Source: Camelus ferus
Taxonomy: Eukaryota
Reading direction: 5' to 3'
Assembly: GCF_009834535.1 (NCBI RefSeq)
Contig: NC_045697.1
Coordinates: 90,646,001-90,710,000, forward strand
DNA length: 64,000 nucleotides
The position numbers and the translations under genes were made by a program. Shown here one piece after another: positions 44,661-58,781 of the stretch. Under the pieces are notes generated by a model, which was not told the origin of the DNA, ran no database searches, and was given only the letters and a program-made list of their open reading frames with translations. Each line of letters opens with the position of its first letter. Within the stretch, counting starts at the first letter, position 1.

Positions 44661-47600
44661 CACCTTCAATCCTAAAGTAAATGTTATTTTGTGGTTAGAC
44701 TTTGGACCTTTGAGTTTTAAGTGGAATTTGGTTCTGTGATATTTAATTCCGTAAAACTTAATGAGAAACACATCTTACTGCATTGATATATCAGTATTTA
44801 AAATCTGATGGCATTGACTAAAGTTAGCCACTGTTGACTTTTCAGATGACCTAGGGGTAGGGATGCTTATAACGTCTGATACTAATGTTGTATTATCCTC
44901 TTACACAGTGTTTTATAACCATCAGTAATTATCTTTCTTTTTGTCAAGGTTTAGTTTAGTCCACAGTATCATTTTAAAGTAATTCCCAGGAAGCACATTA
45001 TTTTTTTCTTTTGATAAAAAGTACTAAAATTGAATGCAGATCAAGACCAAGTCTTTAACTAAAACAAGTAAACAAAATGAAAACTTTAGTTATTTTACTT
45101 TCACATCTCAATTTTCAATGAATCAAAAATAATATCCTTCCATATACTCATGTTTCCTAACCAAACAGCTCTGTGTTTATAATATAGCCAGGTATCTTTC
45201 TTAAGTTTTTTTTTTCCTTGCTAAATCCAAGGGTAATTGTTTCATACAATAACCTGGCATCTGGACTCTTTAGACTGTTAACAAACTGCTTAGGAGAAAA
45301 GAAAAAAACTTACGTGTCTGTGGCGGTGGTCATGGCTCTTTCACCTTCTGGATCCCTGAGAGTACCTCTAGCATGTTGTTAGAGTAATCGTTTTTTTTAA
45401 AAAGCGTATCTGTTAAAATACATTATTAAATAACTTGGAGCCTTCAAGTCAAAGAAACAAAACTAATAATTGAATCATGAAAATATGATTCAGTCTGTCA
45501 AGCAGGTGAAACTCCATAACAAGAAATATTTAATAGTATGATCTTTGCTTTGGAATCTCTAATTTACTGTCATGTCCTAAGTCACAGGATGAATATTAGG
45601 GAAATGTATCGATACCTAAAAATTACCCATCCTGTAAAGAGATTAGTCAACTTCAACGTGTTTTAGTTTAATTGCATTATAATACATGAACTATAAATGG
45701 AAATGGTCTTAGTCTTTCCTGTTATCTTGTTTCATTTTTCTTATTTACTACTAGACTCTTAAATAATCATTATATTTTTCTCATATTTTGCTTTTTTATT
45801 TGGATTATTCTTTAGGTCTTTTATTTCACGGATTTAAAAAAAATAGTTCCACTGCTTTATTACCCGTCTTCTTTTTACTATAAACCAAATCTTACTGTTA
45901 AGAATTTTTTGACTCTTAAATTCATACCCGAAAAGCCATGTCATAAGTTTCCATATGTAATATGTCTAAACTTTAATAGTGACTTAACAGACTTTTCATA
46001 TCCTGGCCTTTGAATAAGTTTTGGATCAAAAGAGGTCAATTTTGTTAATATTGTGTACTCAGTAACCATGTTCCTCATTTTTAATCCAAATATGAATGTG
46101 GCGCAAGGGTCAGAATTGAAAATAGGTGTTAAAGATTAGACACCTTCAGTTTTTTGCTGCCTTCTTATTACATGTGTGTTGGGGTTTTTTTTTTTTTTAG
46201 AATTTCTTAAATTTCTTGCTTCCAGACATTGAGTTAAATGCTTTTGAAATCATATGGGCCCACCCAGAATGTAAATGTAAAAATGTAATTAGAAATTGAG
46301 ATCTAGGTTAAGGAAGCTTTAAAGTGTTGTAGGTTTTTTATCCCCTGAAATAATATTTCTATGGCTTAGTGTCTTGGAAAGAGACTCACATTAAAAGTAA
46401 AAAATTTTATATTTGGTAGGATGAAGCCACTGTTTAATATCACAGTATATAGAAGCAGTTTTTTAAAATGAAGTTACGAATTGTTTAGTACTTATACGAC
46501 ATCCAAGTCATTTTTTTTCTCCAATCATTAAAATAATTTATATACAGTGACTCCGACTCCAGTCTTAGTGCAAATTACTTTCTGCCAGTTTAATTAATTC
46601 CTACCAGTTAAACTGTTTTAAGGAAACTACTACATTTGATTTCTTAGTTTCCTAGTTTGTTTTCAGCACAAAGGGTGACCTGTGCAATGCAGAAAGTAGT
46701 AAGCCTGATGTGCCTATAAAAATAATTAACTGAATTTTGCATGTAACAGACCCTTAGTTTCAATGAGCAGACGTGAGAATGGGTTGTGATGTTAAGCTGA
46801 TAATGTTCTAGGATCTACAGTTCTGGTTCATGAACATATCCATAAAATGTTTACATATGGCAGAATCGAAGTATATAAAACATTTTCTATGTATGTAAAA
46901 TGGCATCTTCATACTAGTTAACAATTAGCAACTGATAAATGCATTTCACTTTTGGATAGCAAGTGCACACTGTCAAGAAGTTATGTAATTATAATAAATA
47001 TGTATTTACTACTTGAACCATGAGTTTTGCACACCTGAGGCTTAATTTTCACATATTGAACTTCATTGACTTGATAGTGGTTTGTGGACAGGTCATTAAA
47101 GTTATTTACATAAATTTGCTTGGCAATGTGAGGACTTAGAGAAAACTGGCAAACTTTAAACCTTCAAATGCTATTGATTCTGAAAACTAAAATAGTAGTT
47201 TGCTAATAATGCAAGTGGTGTCAAAGAATAACAGTTTTCCATTGGAAGAGAAAACCTAGGAATAAATGAACCCAAAGACTAGAAATTTTCAATACGCAAA
47301 GATGAGCTTCCTGCCCCAGAGTTTCTCCTAACCTCTTTTTGAGAATTGCTATTCCAGATGAAAATGTGTCAAACAGCTTAGCATGTTGGGATCAGAAAAG
47401 AACTGAGATCCCTAGTCTAGATTACAGCATTTAGTGCTGCATCTTCTAGTGGTTGAACAACTTGTGAGAATAAGAAAGATAATGAATCCTCAATCCAGAA
47501 AAATGTTTATACCCCCATACACTTTATAAACTTTCCAATGAAATTCAAATAAATACTTTCAAAGACTAGAAGACGAAACAGTTGACAGTTCTTTCCTGTT

Positions 47601-48720
47601 CATCTTATCCTGAGTCTGAGAAAACTAGAGATGATATTTGCTCTTTTTTTTTTTTTAAAGAAACTCCTCAATCCCTAGTTATTAAACAAGAGTTAGTGAA
47701 CAAGGGTTGTCTGTTAACTCTAAGTTCCTCCTAATACTTTATCCTCAAACTACCTCCCCCTCTTTAAATGTAAAGAAATAGGTTCAGGATGTTCATGTAG
47801 TCTGCAAATACCAGAAGGCCATTAGAACCAGTTGTGTTGAGCACAAGTACATTTGGTCTCCTGTTTAACCTCACTGAAAAGGATTTGTGTATTGGTTTTA
47901 GAGATAACAAGGATCAGGTTCAATTAAGAGCAAATAACTAGGAAAGAAACCATTTGTAGTAAAGAAAACCTTGAAGGCAAAGAGAAGCAAAAAACAAGGA
48001 GAAATCATAAAATAACAAGTATAGGTATCAGTAGTTATAGTAATATAATTCAAATACCATAAACTTCCCAGTTTAAGAACTATAATTAATATTTACAAGA
48101 CACTTAATAAATATAATGATGTAGTAGTTGAAAGTAAGTTAATGAAAAATATTAGAAAATGCCAATCAAAAGAAAAACTGTTAAGTCACTCATCAGGTAA
48201 AACTGACTTCAAGTGGAAAGAAAAGGGAGTGTTGGGATGCACAGTGAGTTTTAATAATGATACAGTAATTCAACAGAAACCTAACAATCTGAAATAACAG
48301 CCTCTAAATATATAAAGCAATTGACAATAACATACAAGTTTAGGCCCACAAAAACAGTGATAACTGGTAGTATGCAATAAGTATAAAAAAGAACAGAATT
48401 TTAAAACCTAGGTATAACAGAATTACACAATCTGTACTACATAATCTGTACACATGGAATATTTATAAAAAGTGATACTGTAAGCCAAAAGAAATTCCAT
48501 ATGCTAGAACTGAAAAAATGAACTTCTAGAAAAATCAAATCATGCTGAAAATTAGAAAATACTTCTAACTGAATGACAATTTAAACCTATTTTAAGTTGC
48601 ATCTCCTCTTTCATTGCAGTAAACAAAAATGAAAATAAGCACTCAGCAGCCTTTAAATAAATCTGAATATAACATGCAACTTGATAACATGCAACTGAAG
48701 CACTAATTCAAAAGTTTATA

Positions 48721-49012
48721 CAAGCGTACCTCACTTTATTTGCTTTATAGATACTCCGTTTTTTAAAATTGAGGGTTTACGTAACCACGCATTGTCAGAT
48801 GAGGGTATTTTTAGCAATAAAGCATTTTTTACTTGAGGCATGTACATGTTTTTTAGATGTGCAAATGCTATTGCACACTTAGTAGACTACAGTGTAACAT
48901 GAACTTAACTTTTATATGCACTGGAAAATCTAAAACTTGGTGCAACTCACTTTATTGTGATAGTCACTTTATTACAGTGGTCTGGAACCTGCAGTCGCTC
49001 TGGGTATGCCTG
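48721..49012. mobile_element. Tigger1-derived MITE (TcMar-Tigger)
   Basis: TA|caagcgtacc...ggtatgcctg|TA terminal inverted repeats with TA TSD; internal aatgctattgcacacttagtagactacagt. Confidence 0.85.
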
Positions 49013-49309
49013 TATGCTTTAATGCATATATTTAAAATGAGGTTGAAAATATAATGACCTGAGAATATCACAAAAAAGGCAGAAAGACAATAGCAAAAAA
49101 AAAAAAAAAAAACCTAAATAAATCAGAAATAAAGAAAGAAGGAAACGAGAGCATAAATCAATAGCAAATGGCATAAAGAATCAACACTGAAACCTCTATC
49201 TGAAAAAATATATATATTTTAAAACAGACAAGCCTCTAGCAAAGTTAATTAAGGAAAACAAACATAAGCATTAAAAGAAACTGATTTTGAGTTAATAATC
49301 TGTTCATAA

Positions 49310-51522
49310 TTCCATTTATGGCCCATCAAAAAGAATAAAATACCTAGGAATAAAACTAAGGAGGTAAAATACCTTGAACTCAAAACTAAGACCATGATGA
49401 AATAAACTGAACACAGCACAGATGGAAAGACCATACTATGCAATCCCTAGATAAATACCAATGGCAATTTTCACAGAACTAGAACAAATAATTTTAAAAT
49501 TTACATGGAGATACAAAAGACTTCAAATAGTGGAAACAATTTTCAGAAAGAAAAAGCTGGAAGAATGATTCCTGACTTTGGACTATACTACAGAGTTACA
49601 ATCAAAACAGTACGGTACCAGCACACAAAAAGGACACAGATCAGTGGAAAAGGACAGACAGCCCAGAAATAAAACCCAGACATGTATGGTCAGTCTACAA
49701 CAAAGAAGGCAAGAATATACAATGGAGAAAAGACAGTCTCTTCAATAAATAGTGGTGGGAAAACTGGACAGCTACATGGGAAAGAGTGAAATTAGAACAT
49801 TCTCTAATACCATGTACAAAAGTAAATCCAAAATGTATTAAAGACCCAAAACAATAAAACTAGACGAAAACAGGCAAAAGACTCTTTGACAAATCATACC
49901 AATATATTTTTGGATCTGTCTCCTAAAGCAAAGGAAAAAAAACAAAAATAAACAAATGGGACCTAACTAAACTTAAGAGCTTCTGCACAGCAAAGGAAAC
50001 CATCAACAAAATGAAAAGACAACCTATAGAATGTGAAAAAATACTTGCAAGTAATATGACCAATAAGGGGTTAACATCCAAACTATATGAACTCACACAA
50101 CTCAAAAAACAAGTCCGATCAAAAAATGGGCAGAAGATCTGAATGGGTGTCCTTCCAAAGAAGACATATAGATGGCCAACAGGCACATGAAAAGATGCCC
50201 AACAGTGCTAATCAGAGAAATGTAAATCAAAACCATCATGAGTCATCACTTAATACCTATCAGAATGTCTATGATCAAAAAGACAAATGTTAGAGATGAT
50301 GTGCAAAGGGAACCCCCTGCACTGTTGGTGGGAACATAAATTGGTGCAGCCACTGTGGAAAACAGTATGAGGTTCCTCAAAAACTAGAAGTAGAACTACC
50401 ATTATGACCCAACAACTCCACTCCTGGGTATATACCTGAAGAAAATGAAAACAGTAACTCAAAAAGATATGCACCCCAATGTTCATAGCAGATTTACAGT
50501 AGCCAAGATACAGAAGAAACCTAAGTGTCCACTGAATGGATAAAGAAGATGTGGGGGGGGTGTATGTTTGTGTGTGTGTGTGCGTGTGTATAAAATGAAA
50601 TATTACTCAACCATAAAAAAGAATGAAATAATGCCATTTGTAGCAACATGGATGGACCTAGAGATTATCATATTAAGTCAAGTCAGAGTAAGATAAATAT
50701 AATATCACTTATATGTGGAATATTAAAAAAATCTTACTTATAAACCAAAAATAGATGCACAGACATTGAAAACAGACTATGGTTATTGAAGGGGAAATGG
50801 CAGGGGAGTGATAAATTAGGAGTTTGGGAGTAATAGATACACATTACTATACATAAATAGGGATACTGTATAACAGAGAGAACTATATTCAATTTCTTTT
50901 AAATTCTGTTTCTATGTAATAACACAATAGAACAGAAACTGAAAACAATATATATATATATAAAAATATATGTATAACAATCACTTTTCTGTATACCTGA
51001 AGCTAACATTGTAAATCAACTACACTTTAATAAAAAATAATTAATCATTAAAAGATGTGGCACATACATAAAATGGAATACTACTAAGCCATAAAAAACG
51101 AAAACTTGCCATTTGCCACAACATGGATGGACTTGTATGACATTACTTAGTGAAATAAGTCAGACTGAGAAGGATATTGTATGATATCACTTATACGTGG
51201 TACCTAAAAAATAAACTAGTAAATATATCAAAAAAAAAAAAAAAAAAAACCACACTCATAGACATAGAGAACAAACTAGTGGTTACCAGTGGGGAAGGGG
51301 GAAGTTGGGGGTTGGGGTAAGATAGGAGTAGGGGATTAAGCAGTGTAAACTGTTATATATAAAATAAATAAGCTACAGTGATATATTGTAAAGCACAGGG
51401 AATATAGCCAGTATTTTATAACTACAAGTCAAATACAACTTTTAAAAATCATGAATCACTATGTTGTACATGTGAAATTTAAATTGTAACTCAACTATAC
51501 TTCAGCTAAAAAAACAAAACAA
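49310..51522 (+). mobile_element. 5'-truncated L1 (3' half of ORF2) carrying two consecutive, different 3' UTRs
   Basis: aaaatacctaggaataaa...aacaaatgggacctaactaaact...; 3' ends near 51040 and 51520. Confidence 0.9.
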
Positions 51523-52582
51523 ACCTTCATCCCACTTTTACAAACATTCTAGGAACAAGTCCCTTTTAACATAAATGTGAAAAGTGACAACTTCCTAACT
51601 TGTCTTATGAAGCCAGTTTCACAATACACTCTTGATACCATAGCATAAAAGACCATATGAGGAACACAGTAACTTTCCAAATACAATCATGAACATAAAT
51701 ACAACAAATTATAAATTTCCTAAATATTAGCATACTGAATTCATAAACTTGTTAAAAATATACTATAAAATTAGTTTTATCTCAAGGATGAAAGAGTGGT
51801 TTAATGTTAGAAAATCTGCCATTCCTCACATTAACAGATGAGGGAAGAAAAAATATATAATTATCTTAAAGGATGCTGAAAAACTATTTCATTACTCATT
51901 TATGATTTCAAAAATTAAACTTACACTACTTAGTCCAAGCCACCATCATCTTACCTATTCTTACAATAGTGTACTAACAATTCTTTCTGACATCTATTCC
52001 CAACACAGAACACAAACTGATCCTTTAAAACTTGCATTAGATCATATATGTCACTGACGACTGGAACACTCCATGGATTTCCATAGCATGCCAAAGGAAA
52101 ACACAAACTTCTTACCATAGTTTTCAATGTCCTGCATGATCTATATACCATTATGTCTTGTACCTCATGTTTCACTGTGTTTCCCATTCATCACAAAGCT
52201 CCAACACAATGACCATCTTCTGTTTTAAAAATATTGTGAAGCTGTTGGAAAATAAAGAGAAAATCTTAAAAGCTGTAACATAACAGTCTATTACCCCTCT
52301 AAGGAGCACCAAGACCAGTTAATAGCTGACTCCTCAACAGAAATAATAGAATCTAGAAGACAAAGGATTGAAATCTTCACTACTGAAATAGTAAAGTAAA
52401 AACAAAAAAACCCTACCAATCTAGGATTCCATACTCACTGAAAAATCCTTCACAAATGAAGGCAAAATACTCATACAAAAGCTAACTTTCTCTTAGCAAA
52501 TTTGCACCAGAAGTAATACCAACAGGGAATTCTTCATGAAAAAAAAGTGCATGGAAAAGAATGCACCAGAAAATGTAAGTAT

Positions 52583-55500
52583 GGGGGGGTGGTCAGATCA
52601 AGATAGCAGACATGGAACTCACTTCCTCCCACAGACACATCAAAAATACATAACAGGTGGAACAATTCTCATGGAAAACTAAGAAACTGGCAGAACTGCT
52701 ATACAATCAACACTGCAAGAGAGATTTCCAAGTAAATGAGTGGGAAGGAAAAAAAGGCATCAGGTAGGGACCTGCACCCCTGGGAGGGATCTGAAAGGAA
52801 GAGAAGGTCCAACAGGAAGAACCCTGCTGATCAAGCTACAAACTAGGCATTCCAGTCCTGGGGTCCTATGCTGGGGAGTCAAGCCCCTTTGACTCCAGGG
52901 AAAAGCAGTGGGAAAGAAAGAAGGACTGGAGAAGCCTAGACTACACTTGCAAGCAACGCCTGGGTGCTAGCTTGCCAAAAGACAGGATGAGGAGGGCTCT
53001 GCACTGGTGGCTGCTGCTCACCACAGTCCCCAACTTGAGCTGGACAAACACTCCAGCCCCGACTCATTCCACACCACAGCTGGGTTCAGGATCTGGGCCA
53101 GCTGGCTCCTGGAAAAAGAATCAATCTAGCTAGGCAGAGACAGCCTAAGGGCATGCGTGTGGTCCAGATGGCGTGATGGTGGCCATTGTTGGCACTTAAA
53201 TGGTGCAACAAGAACCACAGCAGCCAGCACGCCAGGGTCCCCACCGAGCCTAGCAAGCATTCCTGCACTGCCCACTTCCATGCACTAAATCTAGGACAAC
53301 CATAATGGAAAGCAACCCAACTTTGGGCTGCATCTGAGTGGAGTCACAGAGGCCTACAAAGGCAGTACATCAGACCTCTGTGAGCACACGAGCCTCAATT
53401 AATTCAGCACTCCTCTCCTTTGAAACAAAACATGCACTCAAGGGGAACAGAGTCTGCTGAAGCCCGACCCTCAGGGTTTATGTTCCAGCAACTGGGGAGA
53501 AAATCCAGCCCCTTACAACAGTGCAGCAACAGCTATAGAGCAGAGAGGAATTACTGCCTCAGACCCTGTTCATGCATAAGATTCTTCAAGACCAACCACA
53601 CACACTATCAAAGTGGTAATGGGCAGCACACCCTGAGAAAAGACATAGCTAGCATCTACATCGAATCCAGCACAGTCACAGAAGACACCGGGCACAAGCG
53701 GTCAACATAGGAATGCTTCCACTAAAAACACCTTTTTAAGACTACAATAGATAACTGTTTCTCCTAAATTCAGAGAGACAGAAAAAGTTAAAATAAATCC
53801 TGTAAGACCCACACCAACACATGCCATAATTAAAATGGCAAAAGTTGGGAGAATTCAAAAGGCAGTAAAAGAAAAACAATGGGAACCCCTATAAGACCAT
53901 CAGCTGATTTCTCTGCAGAAACTTTGCAGAAAGAAGGGAATGGCATAATATATTCAAAGCCCTGAAAGAGCAAAACCTGCAACCTAGGATACTCTAACTA
54001 GCAAGATTATCATTTAGAATAGAAGGACGAATAAGAAATTAATCAGACAAGCAAAAACAAAAAGAATTCAGCAATATTAAATCTACCCTAAAAGAAATGA
54101 AGGGTCTTCTCTAAATGGAAAAGAAGCAACATCTAAAACAAAGGGAAAATCCCAAAAGACAAATATATAGTAAGAACTGAAGATCACTTAAATGAGCCAG
54201 TACACAGATTAAAAAAACAAAAATTAGTGAAAGTGACTATAAATACAAAAAAAAACAGTAATAAAAGAATAAACACAAAGACATAAAATAGGACAGCAAA
54301 AATATGAAATGTGGAGGAAGGGAGTAAAAACATAATCTTTTAGAATAAATCATGAAGATGTCAAAATAGGACATAAAAATCACAAAATATGGGGGACGGG
54401 AGTCAAAAATATTGATCTCTTAGAAAAGTTTGAACTTGAATAATTATCAGTTTAAAACAAGTAGACATAGTTATGGGTCAACATACTTGAAATCCAGAGT
54501 AATCACTAATAAAAATCTTGTAATAGAGTCACAAAAAACCAAAAGGAAAGGAACTCAAGCATACTAAAAAAAAAAAAAAAAAACACAAAAAACACAAAAG
54601 GAAAAACAAAAAGAAATGAATTAAAAAAACAACTGGAAAACAAAATTTTAAACAGTAATAAGTACATACCTATCAATAATTACTTTAAATGTCAATGGAC
54701 TAATCAATCAAAAGACACAGAATGGCAGATTGGATAAAAAATGAGAACCTACGATATGCTGCCTATAAGAGACTCACTTCAGGGTGAAAGATACATGCAG
54801 ACTGAAAGTGAGGGGATGGGAAAAGTTATTTCATTCAAATGGAAATGACAAGAAAGTGGTGGTAACAATACTAATATCAGACAAAATAGACTTTAAAACA
54901 AAGTCCATAAAAAAGACAAAGAATGACATTATATAATGATAAAGGGACCAATGCAAGAAGAGGATATTATACTTGTTAACTTATATGTACCCAATATAGG
55001 AGCACCTAAACATATGAAAGAAATACTAACAGACATAATGGGAGAAACTGACAGGAATACAATAATAGTAAGAGGCTTTAACACCCCACAGACATCAATG
55101 GACAGATCTTCCAGAGAGAAAATCAAGAAGGCAACAAAGGTCCTAAATGACACAATAGACTATCTGGAATTAACTGATATCTTCAGAACACTATAACCAA
55201 AAAAAAAAACAAACAAAAAACAAAAAACAAATCAGAATACACATTCTTTTCAAGCACTCACAGAACATTCTCTAGGACAGACCACATAATGAGTCATGAA
55301 AGAAGCCTGAAGTTTGTAAGAGAACAAAAAAATATTTCAAGCATCTTTTTTGATCACAATGGTAAGAAAATAAAAATCAACCACAGAAAGAAAAATGGGG
55401 AAAGAATGAACCTGTAGATACTAAACAACACGTTACTAAAAAAACAATGGGTCAAAGATGAAATCAAAGAAGGAATCAGAAAATACCTCAACACAAAAAT

Positions 55501-58500
55501 GAAAACAGATAAAATCTATGAGATGCAGCAAAAACAGCCCTAAGAAGATAGTTTACAGTAATACAGGCCAGCCTCAAGAAGCAAGAAAAATCTCGAATAA
55601 ACTGCCTAACCTACCACCTAAAAGAATCAGAAAAAGGAGAACACATAAAACTCAAAGTCAACAAATGGAAGGAAATAATAAATATCAGAGAGGAAATTAC
55701 AGATATCAAAACAAAAAGGAAAGATCAATTAAACCAAGAGCTTATTTTTTGAAAAGATAAACAAAATTGACATACCTTTAACTAGGCTCAAGAAGAAAAA
55801 GGACTCAAATAAACACAATAAGAAATGAAAGAGAAATAATAACTGATAACACAGAAATATAAGAACTCCTAAGAGAATACTATTAACAGTTATATGCCAA
55901 TAAATCAGACAACCTAGAAGAAATGGACAAATTTCTAGAAATATACAGCCTGTCAATACTGAGTTCAAGAAGAAACCAAAAATTTGAACAGACTGATCAC
56001 TAGAAGTGAAATAGAATCTGTAATTTAAAAAAAACAATAACAAAAAATGTCCTAAAAACAAAAGTCCAGGACTGGATGGCTTCACTGGGGGATTCCACCA
56101 AACAAACAAAGTAGAACTTATACTTCCACTTCTCAAACTATTCCAAAAAACTAAAGGGGAAGAAACACTCCCAAATTCATGTTTATGGGATCACCATTAC
56201 CCTGATAGCAAAACTAAACAAAGGCACTAAAAAAACAAAAACAAAAACAAAAAACAAAAAACAAACAAACCCAACCAAGCCAATATCCTTGATGAATATA
56301 TATGCTATATGTGCAAAATTCCACAACAAAATAGCAAACTGAATTCAACAATACATACAAAGGATCATACACCATGATCAAGTTGGATTTATTCCAGGAT
56401 CATGAAGATGTGTTCAACATATGCAAATCAATCATTGTGATACACCACACTATCAAAAGAAAAGACAAAAACCACATATCAGCTCAGAAAATGCAAAAAA
56501 AGCATTTGACAAAATTCAACATCCATTCATGATAAAAATGCTCATCAAAGTGGGCATAGAGGAAGCATCTCTACATAATAAAGGACATTTATGACAATGA
56601 CACAGGAACATAAACTCAACTTTAAAAGCTAGAGCCTTCCTACTAAATTTAGGAATAAGACAAGGATGCCTACTATCACCACTTCTATTTAACACAGTAT
56701 TGGAATTCCTAGCCACAGCAATCAGACAAGGAGAAGAAAAAAAAAGGCATCAAAAATGGAAGAGAAGAGCTAAAACTGTCACTTTCTACAGATGACATGA
56801 AACTCTAGGTAGAGAACCCTAACGTCTCCACCCAAAAACTATTAGAACTAATAAATGAAGTTGTAGAATACAAGGTTAATATACAGAAATCTGCTGTGTT
56901 TTATACAGCAATAATGAAATGTCTGAGAAGAAAAAAAAATCCTATTTAAAATAGCATTTAAAAAAATAAACTACCTAGGGATACACTTAACCAAGGAAGT
57001 GAAAGATCTATTCCCTTTAAACTATAAAACACTGATAAAGGAATTTGAAGATGAGTCAAAGAAATGGAAAAATATCCCATGCTCTTGAAATGCAAGAATC
57101 AATATCAACATGGCCATACTATCCAAAGCAATCTACAGTTTTAGTGCAATCCCAATCAAATTACCCAGGACATTTTTCACAGAACTAGAAGAAATAATGC
57201 TAAAATGTATATGAAACCAGAAAAGACCCATAACTGCTAAAGCAATCTGGAGACCAAAGAACAAAGCTGGAGGTATAATCCTTCCAAATTTCAGCCTATA
57301 CTACAAAGCTACAGTAATCAACACAAAAACAGACATAGAGATCAAAGGAACAGAACAGAGATCCCAGGAATAAACCCATGTACCTGTGATCAATATAGAA
57401 AAAAAGAGGCAAGAATATACAAGGGAGAAAATACAGTCTCTTCAAGTGGTGCTGGGAACATTGGAAAGCCATATGTAAAACAATGAAATTAGAACATTCT
57501 GTAATGCCATACACAAAAATAAACTCAAAATGGTTTAAAGATCTAAATGTAAGACATGATACCATAAAATTCCTAGAAGAGAACATAGGGGAAACACTCT
57601 TTGACATAAATCATAGTATTTTGTTAGATTAGTCTCCCAAGGCAAAAGAAATAAAAGCAAAAATAAACAAATGGGACCTAGTTAAATTTAAAAGCTTTTG
57701 TACAGAAAAGGAAACCATCAACAAAACAAAAAGACAACCTGTGGACTGTGAGAAAATATTTGCAAATGAGGCAACTAACAAGGAGTTAATATCCAAAATA
57801 TACAAATAGCTCATACAAATTAATATAATAAAAAGAAACAGATCAAAACAAATTTTAAAAATGGGCAGAAGACCTAAATGGACAGTTCTCCAAAGAAAAC
57901 ACACAAATGACCAGTAAGCACATGAAAAGATGCTTAACATCACTAATTATTAGAGAAATGCAAATCAAAACCACTTGAGAAATCACCTTACACCTGTCAG
58001 AATGGCTATTATCAAAAAACTAATGTTGGAGAGGATGTGGAGAAAACAGAACACCTCTATATTGTTGGTGGGAATGTATAATAGTGCAGTCATTACATGG
58101 TAAACAGTATGTAGGTTCCTTTAAAAACTGAAAATCAAACTACCATATAATCCAGCTATTCTACTGCTGAGTATATATGTGGGGAAAAAAATGAAAACAT
58201 CAATTTGAAATGATATATGTAACCCAATGTTCCTAGCAGTACTATTTACAATATTTACAATAGTAGTAACCCATGTGACCATCAACAGATGAGTGGATTA
58301 AGAAGACATGGTGTATTTTTATATATACACACAATGGAATATTACTCAGTCATAAAAAAAGAATGAAATATTGCCATTTGTAGTAATGTGAATGGACCTA
58401 GAGAATATATATTATGCTTAGTGAAATAAGTCAGACAGAGAAAGACAAATACTATAAGTTATCATTTATATGTGGACTCTAAAAAATAATACAAATGAAT

Positions 58501-58781
58501 GTATATACAAAACAGGAACAGACTCAGAGAGGAAACAAATTTATGGTAACCAAAGAGGAAAGGAAAGTGGGGAGGAGTGAATTAGGGGTATGGGATTAAC
58601 AGATACAAATCGCTACACTTAAAATAGATAAGCAACAAGAATTTACTATGTAGTATATGGAATTATACCCAACACTTTCTAATAACCTATAATGGAATAT
58701 AATCTGCAAAAATACTGAATCACTATTCTGTATACCTGAAAATAACAAAAGACTGTAATTTACCTATACTTCAATAAAAAA
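52583..58781 (+). mobile_element. Near full-length decayed L1 (5' UTR, partly deleted ORF1, long inter-ORF spacer, disrupted ORF2, 3' UTR)
   Basis: GC-rich 5' UTR to ~53700; ORF1 C-terminal SADFSAETLQ; ORF2 endonuclease start IITLNVNGL near 54675; RT motif GIRQGCLLSPLLFN near 56650; AATAAA 58773; diverged 13-bp TSD (52570-52582 and 58778-58790). Confidence 0.95.

Noticed and set aside
45471..45492. 8-bp hairpin TGAATCAT...ATGATTCA
   Set aside because: Short and AT-rich; expected by chance in 64 kb.
48669..48698. Small direct repeat ATAACATGCAACT twice (similar micro-duplications near 21713 and 63212)
   Set aside because: Ordinary slippage events with no sign of function.
55729..57943. Hydrophobic minus-strand ORFs of 100-135 aa
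   Set aside because: Typical antisense shadows of A-rich L1 ORF2.
52583..58781. Active L1
   Set aside because: ORF1 is partly deleted and ORF2 is broken by many stops and frameshifts.
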